The notes below the pieces were generated by a model. It had not been told where the DNA came from, searched no databases, and was given only the letters and a program-made list of their open reading frames with translations. The position numbers and the translations under genes were made by a program. This document shows, piece by piece, positions 53,624 through 64,000 of a DNA stretch of 64,000 bases (position 1 is the first letter of the stretch; every line of letters begins with the position of its first letter). Origin of the DNA: a virus. Its lineage: Duplodnaviria; Caudoviricetes. The stretch spans positions 28,593-92,592 of IMG/VR virus record IMGVR_UViG_2908873634_000001. One strand, 5' to 3'.

Positions 53624-53912
53624 GCTTCACTGTGGCACGCCAGTCGTGAATCGGTCCCCGGGACTAAGCCAGGAAACACAACGAGGCTCGTGCGGCCCTG
53701 CGCCAACAGGGAGACAGCCGGACGAACCTCATTGCTTGCTGCCAGCCATAAGCCGGAACGTGATCTCACTGTAGGAGGCCCTGTCTATGTGGGGCAAGCG
53801 GAACAGCCCTCACGCAGACAAATGAGCCAATTCAGCCTCTGGCGGGGGGGATTAAACGCCCTGGCCACTGCCACGCTGGAAGTCTCATCCCCTTCCTCTC
53901 AGCGAGGTCACC

Positions 53913-54632
53913 ATGACCGACATCCAGTTCCGTTCCGACGTCACCGTCGACCTGGTCAAGAGCGCGGCGGCCGATTCCGACGTCCTGTGGGCCGCCCGGG
54001 TCTCCACCCAGGGCGAGCAGTCCTTCGAGAACGTCTATGACGAGCCCGAGCGCTCGAAGGGCCTCATCAACTTCTTGATGCGGGACCGCCACGGCAGCCC
54101 GTTCGAGCACAACTCGATGACCTTCTTCATCAGCGCCCCGATCTTCGTGTTCCGCGAGTTCATGCGGCACCGCGTGGGCTGGTCGTACAACGAGGAGTCG
54201 GGCCGTTACAGGGAGCTCCAGCCGGTCTTCTACGTCCCCGACGCCTCCCGCAAGCTCGTCCAGGAGGGCCGCCCCGGCAAGTACGTCTTCGTCGAGGGCA
54301 CCCGGGAGCAGCACGACCTGGTGAGCCGCACGATGGAGGACTCGTACCGGCAGGCGTACGAGACGTACCAGGAGATGCTGGCCGCCGGCGTCGCCCGCGA
54401 GGTCGCCCGTTCGGTCCTCCCGGTCGGCCTCTTCTCCTCGATGTACGCCACCTGCAACGCGCGCTCGCTCATGCACTTCCTCGGCCTGCGCACCCAGCAC
54501 GAGCTGGCCGCCGTCCCGTCCTTCCCGCAGCGGGAGATCGAGATGGTCGGCGAGAAGATGGAGGAGCACTGGGCCCGGCTGATGTCGCTGACCCACGCCG
54601 CCTTCAACAAGAACGGGCGCGTGGCCCCGTAG
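53913..54632 (+). CDS. thyX: FAD-dependent thymidylate synthase
   Basis: HGSPFEH; signature RHRVGWSYNEESGRY; AREVARSVLP; NARSLMHFLGLR. Confidence 0.97.
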   Translation: MTDIQFRSDVTVDLVKSAAADSDVLWAARVSTQGEQSFENVYDEPERSKGLINFLMRDRHGSPFEHNSMTFFISAPIFVFREFMRHRVGWSYNEESGRYRELQPVFYVPDASRKLVQEGRPGKYVFVEGTREQHDLVSRTMEDSYRQAYETYQEMLAAGVAREVARSVLPVGLFSSMYATCNARSLMHFLGLRTQHELAAVPSFPQREIEMVGEKMEEHWARLMSLTHAAFNKNGRVAP

Positions 54633-54636
54633 GGCT

Positions 54637-54684
54637 CTGACCTGCTGGCACCCCTTATTTAATGTGCAGAAACTCCGGACATCG
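54637..54684 (-). repeat. 48-bp inverted repeat, right copy
   Basis: CTGACCTGCTGGCACCCCTTATTTAATGTGCAGAAACTCCGGACATCG. Confidence 0.9.
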
Positions 54685-54695
54685 AGGGGTGCCTG

Positions 54696-56683
54696 TCAGG
54701 CAGGTTCGAAGATCAGCCAGGCCACGACTGACGTGTCGGACGAGCTCGAGCTGGTGATCGTGAATCCGGTGCCCGCGGTCCGCGCGGAGACGTAGAGGAA
54801 CCCCGGAGTGCCGCCCGGGGTCTGGCACGTGAGCAGGATCCGGCTGGTGGCGGTGACCGACGTGTTCGCAACGGTCACCGTGCCTGCGGCGAGGGTCGCC
54901 ACGCCCATCTTCGCGCCGGTGCCCTCCTTGATACGCAGACCCTTGCCCGCGAGGCCGATGATGACGTCGGAGTCGGGGGTCCCGATCTGGGCGACACCTC
55001 GCCGGCCCCATGTCGTGTCTCGTGCGGCGGTACCGATCCCGTATGTCTGGGTACCGTCGATGGCGCCACGCCACATGTCGAAGACCTGGCCGCCGACTCC
55101 GCTGCCGAACGCCGCGGTGGTTCCCGCGTTTCTGCGGTGCCGGCGTTGACAGTGATGCCGCCCGTGAGGGTGCCGCCGACCTTGTCCAGCTTGCCAGCGA
55201 CCGACCCCTCCAGCGTGGTGGCACGGCCCTCCAGACTCGTCGCCCGGCCCTCGACGGTGGTGGCTCGGCCTTCCAGGGTCGTCGCGCGGGTTTCCAGACT
55301 GGTGGCCCGGCCCTCCACGGCTGTAGCCCTGGATTCCAGACCGTAGGGAGTGCCGCCGACCCGGGTCTGCAGGTCAGTGACGTACGTGTTGAGGGTGTTG
55401 CCGTCGGTGGCCGGGTAGGCGCCGATCGCGGCAGGGGTGATCTGGTCGCTGCCGCCGGAGGCGTGGGTGGCGGCGTGCGCGGTAGGGGTTCTCGAGTTCG
55501 TGAGCCGGGCGTCGGTGGTGACGACGAGCTGGGCGGTGTCGGGAATGCCGTGCACGTCCGTCGTATCGGCGTTGTGTACCCCGACCTTAGCGGTCGCGTC
55601 GCTCGCGGCCGCGGCCTGAGCGGCGGCTGCGGATCCTGCCGGATCGGCTCCCACCGCAGACGCGTTAAGGACGACGGCGCCCTGCAGCCCGTTGACGGAG
55701 GTGACTAGGTTGGTGGCCGGGTCACCAGGATCGCCCTTGTCGCCTTTCTGCCCCTCGGGGCCTTCCGGGCCCGAGGGCCCGACCAGGAAGCCAGCCAGGC
55801 TGTCTCCGTCCCGACAAAGCCTTCGGCTACGGCCACTTCGTAGGCGGACTCGCCCGGAGCCCCTGGGGCGCCAGGCGATCCGGGAGTGCCCGGTGAGCCG
55901 GCAGGGCCAGCGTCGCCCGGTTCGCCCTGCGGCCCCTGAAGCGAGGCGAGCCACTGCTGCTCTGTGCCGGCGAACCCGTTACTGACGGCGGCCTGGTAGG
56001 CGGACTCTCCAGGCTCACCCTGGCTACCTGGTGCTCCAGGGATGCCCTGCTCGCCCTGAGGCCCGCGGAGGGAGACCAGCCATTGCGTCTCGGTACCGGC
56101 GAACCCATTGTCGACAGCGAGCTGGTAGGCGGACTCCCCTGGCGCTCCCGGTGCGCCGTCCTCTCCGGGTGCACCAGGCAGGCCGGGAGCGCCCGGTTCT
56201 CCTTGGTCTCCCTTCGCTCCAGGTTCTCCGGGCGCTCCGTCGAGACCGGGTAGACCTTGCACGCCGGAGGTCCCTGGTCGCCCTGTGGCCCGGGTACGGC
56301 CACGTAGTGGGCGCGGCTGGCGTCGGCCTGGTCGATCTCTGCGAGGTCGACTTCGTCTTGCTGGACCGACAGGCTCATGTAGAAGCTGCGAGGGGCGGCG
56401 CCCACGATGTTCGTGGTGACCAGCCATACCCAGTCGGTCGGGTTGGCGCCGGGGACGTCGCGCGGTAGAAGACGAACGCCGACGTTGCCCTCTGCGTCGA
56501 CGAGACGGCCTTCGCTGTCGAAGCGGTACGTGCCGGCGCCGGTGAATGCCACCCCGAACTCCGGCAGGTTGATGACCTGCGGGATCGGGGCGAACTGCAT
56601 CGTCCCGACCGCGGGGCCACCACCGGCGGGGCTGAGGCCCGGTAGTGCACGAGGACGGTCGGTACCCCGGTCGGGAACGGCAT
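54696..56683 (-). CDS. Collagen-repeat tail fibre protein (frameshifted)
   Basis: G-X-Y repeats, three GESAY..GF.GTE..WL.SL units, VTSVNG, EGRATTL heptads, C-terminal GFTITSS domain. Confidence 0.85.
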
Positions 56684-56693
56684 GACGGTCTCC

Positions 56694-57028
56694 TCAGGGG
56701 TCTTGCGGGGTGGGGCGATGTCGGTGGGGCGCTGGGCGCGGATGACCTGGAGGGTGCGCTGGAGCATCAGGACGGCGATGGCGAGGACGATGACGGTGCG
56801 GGCCCCGCGAAGGATGACGGCGACGCAGCCGGTGGGCCACAGGGTGATCAGGATCGTGTACAGGCATAGGGCTCCGACCACCGCGGCGAAGCCCATGACG
56901 TTGCGGCCGATGTCGGAGCGCCACCAGGTGGCCCGCTGGTGGTAGACGAGGGCGAAGACGAGGCAGGAGAGGGCTGCGGCCCCGGATGCGATCATGTTGA
57001 TCCACTGGTCAATGGTCTGGTTGCGCAT
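56694..57028 (-). CDS. Putative holin-like three-TM protein
   Basis: WWRSDIGRNVM, three hydrophobic segments. Confidence 0.65.
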
Positions 57029-57237
57029 GGGCACCCCTTCATAGATTTCCTTGATCCGTTCAGCGAAGTGGTTCTCTGCCCGCTCCCGTCGCAGGTCTGC
57101 GACGACGGCCTTGACCTCAGGGCGCCGCGCTTTAGCAGCGAGGTGGGCGCGCTCGGCTTGAGCGAGCGCGCCCGTGGCAGCGCGCATCCCGTCGGACGGC
57201 CGACCCCTACCGATCAGACGTCTCAACCACATCCACA
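57025..57237 (-). CDS. Small lysis-cassette protein
   Basis: LRRERAENHFAERI. Confidence 0.55.
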
Positions 57238-57505
57238 CCACCCTCCACCTCCTTCGGCCTGGGGAGAGCGGAGAGGACGTGTCCGGCGACGCGTGAGAGC
57301 TCGAGGAGCTCGGTAACCTGGTCCCGCTCGGCCTGCCGGGCGGCCTCGCTCTGTCGTGGGCTGCCTGCCATTTGTCCCTCTCGTCTCTCATGTCCTGCAG
57401 CGTCGAGCGGGGCACGAGCCGGCCGGTGAGGACGAGCAGGACGACTAAAGCCAGGAGGCCGGATATGCCCAGGTCGGTCGGGGTCAGGCCGAAGAGATCG
57501 TTCAT
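57207..57505 (-). CDS. Lysis-cassette membrane protein (frameshifted)
   Basis: GLLALVVLLVLTGRLVPR plus coiled coil. Confidence 0.7.
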
Positions 57506-57540
57506 GACGGCTCCACCCCGGAGTTCGGATCAGGCAAGGG

Positions 57541-57910
57541 TCAGACGTTGCTCTGCGCGCGGACCGGGATGGGCTCCGGGGGACAGGGGCGGTGACCTGG
57601 GTGCGGTCCCACATGGCGACGACGATGGTCACGAGCGCCATGGCGGCGACCTGCTTCTCGGCGGACCAGCCCAGGCCGTAGCCGAGGGAGAGAGCGAGGC
57701 CGGACTGGGCGAGGCCGATCAGTGCGGCGCCGAGACCGTCGTGGACGATGACGGCGATGAGGATGCCCATCGCGGCGGCGGCGACCGCGTTGACGTTGGC
57801 CTGGACCTCGGCGGAGGCGTCCCAGCCGAAGGCGACGGCGAGCTTGACGATGATCGCGACCAGGGCCAGCCAGGCAGCAGGCTCGCGGCCGAAGATCAGG
57901 GGGTCTTCAT
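57541..57910 (-). CDS. Holin
   Basis: IFGREPAAWLAL..RTQVTAP, four TM segments. Confidence 0.8.
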
Positions 57911-58110
57911 GTGAGGTCCTCTCGGGAGGGTGAAGCCTTGTGGTGGTGAGGGGCGACGCAGCCGCTGATGAGGCCGCCGAACGCGACGGCGGCCGCCATG
58001 AGGGCGGCGATGCCGAGTGCGAGCAGGAGGCTGCCGGTCAGGATGATGACGAGGAGCCCGATGGCGAGGCCGCAGGTGATGCTGGAGCGAAGGATTCGGG
58101 GCACGTCCAT
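57907..58110 (-). CDS. Small two-TM membrane protein
   Basis: Hydrophobic, AGGAG RBS. Confidence 0.6.
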   Translation of the reverse strand: MDVPRILRSSITCGLAIGLLVIILTGSLLLALGIAALMAAAVAFGGLISGCVAPHHHKASPSREDLT

Positions 58111-58122
58111 GGCGGGCTCCTG

Positions 58123-59693
58123 CTAGAGCTGCTTGGGGACGCGGAGCTTGTCCCAGGACGTCTTGCCGGGGATGCCGTTGGCGTCGTTGCCGGTGTAGCC
58201 GAGCTTCCGCTGCCAACGCTTGTAGGACTCCCGGTCGGCATTGGTCCAGTGCTCGCCGGGGCCCTTGGCGTAGGCGGAGCAGCCGAGGGCGACGAGGCGG
58301 CGGCCCATGGCGGTGATGATCGGGGAGCGGCGACCGGGGCTGAAGAACGCGGCGCCGGGGTACGGCTCGTAGGCGGCTGTGGGTGCTGTGGTGGTCTTGC
58401 TGGGGAGGGGTGCCGAGGAGCCTGGTCAGGCTGGTCTCGCCCGGTACGCCGTCGGCCGCGTCACCGGTGTAGCCGAGGGACCGCTGGAAGGTCTGGTAGT
58501 TGCGGGTATCGGCGTCGGACCAGGTCGGGCCGGGGCCGGACTGGTAGTAGGTGCCGAAACCCTTAGACACCAGGGCCTGACCGACCTTGGTGACGTGGTC
58601 GCCGACGGCGCCGTAGCCATAGGTCAGGCCATTGATGGTGACCTGATAGCGGGCCGGGGTGCTGCTGGTGGGCGGCTGGGTGGGGTGCTGCCGCCTCCGG
58701 TGGACTGCCCGCCGGGCACGATCGTGATGTCGATGGCACCCGGATCCCAATGATCGTTTCCGGGAACCTGGCAGTGGCCGTAGTGGCCACCCTCGTTCTG
58801 CCAGACGTTGCGATCGCGCGCGGTGTACGAGGAAGCCGTGGCGACGGGCTTGCCGGCGGGCCAGTCGTCGGGGACGCCGTGGGCACGGCCGACGGCGATG
58901 AGCTTGCGGAAGTTCGGCTTGTCCACCGGGTCGAAGCCGTTCGTCCACGGGGAGGCGGCGCGGGCGAGGACCTCGACCTGGATGTTGACCTTGCCCTCGC
59001 GGTTGGTGCGGCGCGAGCCGTCGTTGCGGAGGGCACGGCCGGACTGGGTCAGGGGCCCGAACTGTCCGATCAGGTCGGAGACCGGATCGTAGATGACCTG
59101 CGGCTCGGCCGCGACCCTCATCAGGTAGGCGGCGACCGAGTAGAAGTAGCTTGAACCGGCCGGGGACTCGGTGGTGTGCCAGGTGAAGCGGGGCGGGTTG
59201 CCGGGGTGTCCATGGCGCCGCCGATGACCTGGTCGCCGAAGCGGACCACGCCGTCGATGTACGCCGGACCGTCAGAGGAGGAGGCGGCGAAGGCGACGAG
59301 AGTCGTGGCGACGTTCTTCGCGGCCTTCTTCTGCGCTGCGGTCTTGCGTACCGGGAGCGCTGTCCCAGGTGCTGTCTCACCGACCGAGGCCATGGTGCCC
59401 GTGGCCAGGACTCCGCCGGTCGCGGGCCCGTCTTTCGGCGCCAGGTCGGGGGTGCGGGCGGTGAAGTCGGGGGCGTCGGTGGGGACGTAGACGTCGAGAT
59501 CACCGTCGTCACGCAGCACCATGAACGCGCCGGGCTGACGCGGGTGGTCCTTGACCCAGCGTTCGGTGGTCTCGAGCTCGGCGATGGCCCGGACTTCGTC
59601 GACGTGGGCCTGGTCGACGGTGCCGAGGTAGGTGGTGGAGACCGTGTGGGTGTCGCGGTCGAGGTGGTCGACTGCGACGTGGAAGTCAGTCAT
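58123..59693 (-). CDS. Endolysin: amidase-like domain plus two peptidoglycan-binding repeats (frameshifted)
   Basis: WHTTE, NIQVEV, HCQVPGNDHWDPG; ADGVPGETS and ANGIPGKTSW. Confidence 0.85.
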
Positions 59694-59841
59694 GGAGGGC
59701 GCTCCTGTTCCCCATGCCGGTGGTGTGGTCGGCGCGCACCTGCGTGGTGCGGTCCCTCGGGGAGTGGAGCTGAGGGCGGAGGGTCGCCCTGGTGTCCAGC
59801 GTAGAGGCCGAACGGTCGTTTGATCCCCTGCTCGGGTGGGG

Positions 59842-61323
59842 CTAGAGGAAGCGGGCGGATGGGTAGTCGGTGGCGGCGCCGATGTCCTCGACTTCCACCC
59901 AGGCGGGGTTGTTGGCGTTGGCGATGACCTGCACGTTTCCGGTGCCGGAGGCCCGCAGGACTGAGCCGATGAGGATTGAGGAGATGTTCGATGCGGTGCT
60001 GTTGGTGATGATCTGAGTCATGTCCATCAGAACCTGCTGGTTGGCGATGGGGATCTGGTGGGCGTTGATGGAGTCGACGAGGGAGATCCCGCTGCCTCCG
60101 ATCGCGCTGCGCCACACGCGGCAGCGGACGATGTCGTTGGCGACGGAGGAGAGCAGCAGGCCGTGGTAGGAGATGCGGTAGGCGCGTCCTGCTGCGAAGG
60201 TGATGGTCGGGGTAGTGATGGCGGCGATCTCTGTGGTGGTCGTGGTGGCGGTGTTGGCTTGGATCGCGTTGAAAGCCACACGGCCACGGCCCTGGGAGAC
60301 CGTGTTGATCGCGAAGCCGGGCGCGAACAGTTGGAGTTCTCCGGTCAGGGCGATGGTCATGTCTTCGCTGCTGATCTCTAGGTCTTGGGAGAAGTCGGGT
60401 GACGAGGAGCCGAGGCGTATGTACGGGGCGTTGTAGCCGGGGGTGAAACCGCCGCGGATCTCTGTGGTGACGTGGTTTTCCCGAAAGGCCAGGTGCCGGC
60501 GCCGATGTTGATGCTGGCAGGGATGACGGTTACACCGGGGATGGTGACTGATAGCTGGAGTTGTGCGGCGGAGAGCTGGGATGTGGTGGCGTATCCGCCG
60601 GGGGAGCTGCAGCGTAGGAGGTGAAGCCGTTGGTGGGAGCGACCGAGAAGACAACGTTCCCGTCGGTGTCGTATCCAGTGATGATGCCGGTTGCGCCGTC
60701 AATGACGATGCGTTGCCCGCTGGCAGCAGTACGCAGGGTGGAGCCGGTGATGACCCGTCCGTCGATGGCGTCGGCAGCGAGTTTGCTGCCGGTGATGATG
60801 CCGTCGGCGACGTCGTCGGCGACGATCGGCGCGGGCGCGATCAGGCTGCTCTGCGCGGAGGGGCGGAGGCGGTGCCGGAGGTGGTGCGGGTGACGAGCCG
60901 TACGTACAGCGGTGTGGTGGTGGGGATGGGCACGATCGCGCCTTGAGGGGTTTCGACGGTACCGACGAGGGTGGCCGCGCTGGGCGTGAACCCGGAGGAG
61001 GTGGAGGCGTGGACTTCGACGCGGGCGAAGTCCAGAGGGACAACACTGCTGCCGGTGAGCTGCCCGTCCCATTCGGCTGCGATGCCTCCGACGATGGACG
61101 CGGTGAGCGGTGCGCTGGGCGCGGGCGGGACGGGGCCGTTGACGACGTTGACGGCGGTGGTGCCGTCGCCCTGCTGGCCGACGAGCGCCCGCAGGGACCC
61201 GGTGTCGTCGCGGACTTCGACGGCCGTGCCGTCGATGGCGGCGGAGCCGAGGCGGGATGCGCGTTCGACGGCGGAGATCCGGGTCTCCAGGCGGGTGATG
61301 CGGGTGCCGAGGTCGGCGGTCAT
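59842..61323 (-). CDS. Minor tail protein (frameshifted)
   Basis: Fn3-like region, ITGSKLAADAIDG, VEVEDIG. Confidence 0.75.
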
Positions 61324-62414
61324 GCAGTTCCTCCGTACTGGTAGGTGTCGGCTGGTGCGAGTTGGACGGTGGCTTGGGGGCCGCCGGGGGCGTCGGGGCG
61401 GATGGACCAGCCGGTGATGCGGCACCAGCCGGTGTAGGTGGTCCAGGCGTTGTAGATGCGGGTGTAGATGTCGTCGCCGACCTGCCAGGACCCGAGGGGC
61501 GCGGCAGGGTGGTCGCGGACGATGACCTCGGCGACGGTCCCGATCCGTTGCCGGCGGGTGCGTTCGCGGGCGGCACGGGCGGCGAGGACGTCGTTGGCTT
61601 TGACGTCGGGCAGGTCCAGGACGTGTTCCATGCGGAGCCGGCCGTCGCGGACCGCGGAGGTCTGACGGCGCTTGGCGGAGCCGTCGCCCTGACCGGAGGC
61701 GATGACGACCTGGGCGTAGTCGTCACCGGACATGACGATCGTGGGGTTCTCGAGGACGTTGACGCCGGAGGCGAAGCTGATGTCGGTACGGCGGGCTCCG
61801 AGTCGTGGCCAGCCGATCCGGATCCGTTTCACGACAGCGGTACGTGCCGCATTCCATTCGGTGGTGCAGGTGTAGTCGGGGTGGCGTCGCCGTCGGCGAG
61901 TTGGTCGAACCGCTCGCCCAGGTTCGGGGTCTCCCAGGCACTGAAGCGGTAGGTGTCGGCGGGGCTGCCGATGGTGGAGCCGGAGGTGGTGGTGTCGACG
62001 ATGACGCCGAGGTCACCGTCGGCGATGGACTGGGCGTAGGCCCAGATGTCGCGCATGACCTTGGTGCGGTCGGCGTAGCTGTAGGGCCGCGGCCGTTGAG
62101 CTCTCCGTGGAGGTCGTGGCGCTTGTGGAGGTAGGACGACCAGGAAGCGGCTTCGATCTGGAGGACGTTGCCTTGGGGGCGGGCGTCCCAGATGAGGCCT
62201 CCCAGGTGATCTGGCCGGCTTCCTCGACGTACAGGCAGGTGGTGCCTGGGTCGACGAGGCGGAGGGACTGGGAGGCCAGCTTCGGGGTGAGGGTACCGGT
62301 GAGGGATCCGGGCCCGTTGAGCTCGGGTCCGTACTCCAGGTCCTGCAGAGGGAGGGTGTGGGTGAGCCACTCCCCGGTCAGGACGTGCTGGGTGAGGACA
62401 CGGCGGTCGCTCAC
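61320..62414 (-). CDS. Minor tail protein (frameshifted)
   Basis: ELNGPGSLTG..IRIGWPRLGARR..WCRITGW. Confidence 0.75.
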
Positions 62415-63340
62415 CGGGGGCCTCTTCGAAGGTCACGTCGGCGATGAGGGTGGAGCCGGTGTCGACGAGCATCGTCGCGGCGTTACCGACGAAGCACCGG
62501 CCGCGGGCGCGCAGGAGCTGGGTGGTGCCGCGGTAGGCGGAGGGATGGTGAGGGTGTCGCCCATCAGGTGGGCGTAGCGGCGGCCGGAGGTCTGGCTGTC
62601 GTCGACGGAGACGGCCTGGATGGCGAGGGAGGCGCCGAAGGTGGCGGAGATGTCTCCGTAGACGGCTCCGCTCGACAGGCGCAGACCGCCGATATCGAAG
62701 CGGATCTTGGCAACGGAGGCCCAGGAGGGATGGGGATGTTCCAGCCGGCGGCGGTCGTGAAGTAGGAGTAGGTGCCTGAGGTGCCGCTGATGGCGGTGGA
62801 GGGGGACGCCGGGACTGGGTCCATAGGTGCGTTCGCGGCGAGGGTTCGCGACCTTCCGGACGTCCTTGATCATGGCGTCGGTGATGGTCGCGGTGGAGGC
62901 CGGGATGTCGATGCGTGCCAGAGGGATGCCGGTGCGACCGTCGGGGATCGCCGTCGCGCTCGAGGAGACGTTGGAGATGACCTGGAAGTAGGCGATCGGG
63001 TCGACGGCGGGATTGCGGGTTCCCTCGTACTGGGGGTCCTCGATGCGGAGGATGACCATGTCGGAGCGAGGGCTGCCAGCAGTGGGAGCGATGGTGACTG
63101 TGGCTGATCCGACATTGCAGGCCGAGTAGGAGCCCTGAAAGGGTTCGCGCGGCCACGAACGATGCCGGAGCCGTCGGAGATCTGGACGCTGCCGCCGGGT
63201 GTGGAGAGTTGCGTGACCTTGAGGTCGTCGCCTTGTGTGATGCCTTCGGATCCGAGGGATAGGTCGCGGACCAGCATTCGGAACACTTCGGCAGGATGTG
63301 TGGCTCCGTTGACGAGGATCGGCGCCGGGTAAAGGGTCAT
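62411..63340 (-). CDS. Minor tail protein (frameshifted)
   Basis: RSDMVILRIEDPQY..IPLARIDIPASTATITDAMIKDVR. Confidence 0.75.
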
Positions 63341-63353
63341 GGCTTGCGTCTCC

Positions 63354-64000
63354 TCAGAGGGCGGTGTAGGCGTCGCGCCAGGTCAGGCGCATGCGGGCGG
63401 TGTTGGTGTTGTCGAATGCGGTCCAGCGCATCTCGGAGGTGCCGGGCGGCAGGGAGAACAGGTCGATGCGGGAGGCCGGGGCCAGCAGGGTGAGGGCGTT
63501 GCCGCCGTTCTCGCGGGTGATGGTGCGGTAGCCGGGCCGGGTGTCGATCTCGATCCACTGGCCTACGGTGAGGGTGAGGGCGGGAAGGCGAGGGTGCGGC
63601 CGGTGGGGACGTGGGTAATGGTGACCTGCGCGCACGGGCCGGTGATGCGGATGATCGGCCAGGTGTCGGCCGTGCCCGTGTTGGTGACCCAGCCGGGCCG
63701 GTTGGCGGCGACGGTGCCGTCCTGGACGTAGATCGGGGCGACGACGGGTGCGGCGAAGCCTCCGCCGGTGAGCCAGCCGAGGGGATCTCGACGGTCGATT
63801 CGGTGTCGGCGTACCAGAGCGGGTCGGTGGCCAGGAACTCGATGTCGAGAGGGATGAACCCGAAGATGGACTTCTCGACGTTGGCGTCGAGGCGGCGCAG
63901 GCGGCCGTTGAGGCGCTTGATGGGCGTCCGGGCCATGCGATCCGCAGGGCCTGGGTTGCGCCGGAGGTTAGGCGGACGGTGGAGGTGGAGGAGGTTCAGG
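63354..64000 (-). CDS. Distal-tail-like protein, partial at the window edge (frameshifted)
   Basis: IEFLATDPLWY..IEIDTRPG..LTWRDAY. Confidence 0.7.

Larger units (their letters stand above)
1..64000. mobile_element. Streptomyces-type plasmid-prophage (conjugative plasmid functions plus siphovirus-like genes); both ends lie outside the window
   Basis: TraB/clt, parAB/parS and Rep co-occur with terminase, tail, holin and endolysin genes; no chromosomal housekeeping context. Confidence 0.85.

Noticed and set aside
53640-53910. Riboswitch or ncRNA upstream of thyX
   Set aside because: No recognisable aptamer consensus by eye; needs a covariance-model search
43220-54684. attL/attR of an integrated island, or transposon ends
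   Set aside because: The repeats are inverted rather than direct; no transposase or target duplication; the interior shares an operator and a duplicated domain with the outside
55190-56290. Tandem DNA repeats in the tail fibre as a regulatory or CRISPR-like array
   Set aside because: Fully explained by collagen G-X-Y and heptad protein repeats
1-64000. Widespread pseudogenisation or programmed frameshifting
   Set aside because: Single-base shifts occur in nearly every module, often at G/C runs, while the motifs stay intact; long-read indel error is the simpler explanation, so genes are called as CDS

Overview
High-GC actinomycete (Streptomyces-like) DNA that reads as part of one plasmid-prophage hybrid, comparable in organisation to the Streptomyces plasmid-phage pZL12. 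From left to right: a phage-type HTH replication gene with internal palindromic iterons; XRE-TPR and small DNA-binding regulators; a conjugation/spreading operon (Spd-like membrane protein, TraB FtsK-type translocase, clt repeats); an isolated terminase pair; a self-regulated three-gene operon resembling an anti-defence cassette; a long minus-strand early region (SSB, WhiB, RusA, DUF5131, HNH); parAB with parS palindromes; DciA-like plus plasmid Rep; an 11.4-kb block bounded by 48-bp inverted sites (Rad52-like annealase, RHH, WYL, stand-alone FtsK-gamma, two tyrosine recombinases, thyX); then tail fibre, lysis and tail genes running off the right edge. Most genes carry single-base frameshifts, most likely long-read indel errors, so many CDS limits are stitched and approximate. 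All family calls are by-eye motif recognition, not database searches. Best leads: (1) a possible inversion system (inverted sites, Cre-like recombinase, Tyr-less partner, lone FtsK-gamma); (2) a 22-aa micro-ORF made of three [DE]xxWG repeats; (3) a ParA whose Walker A' segment precedes the P-loop; (4) a 28-bp palindromic operator over three promoters; (5) an acr/aca-like operon.
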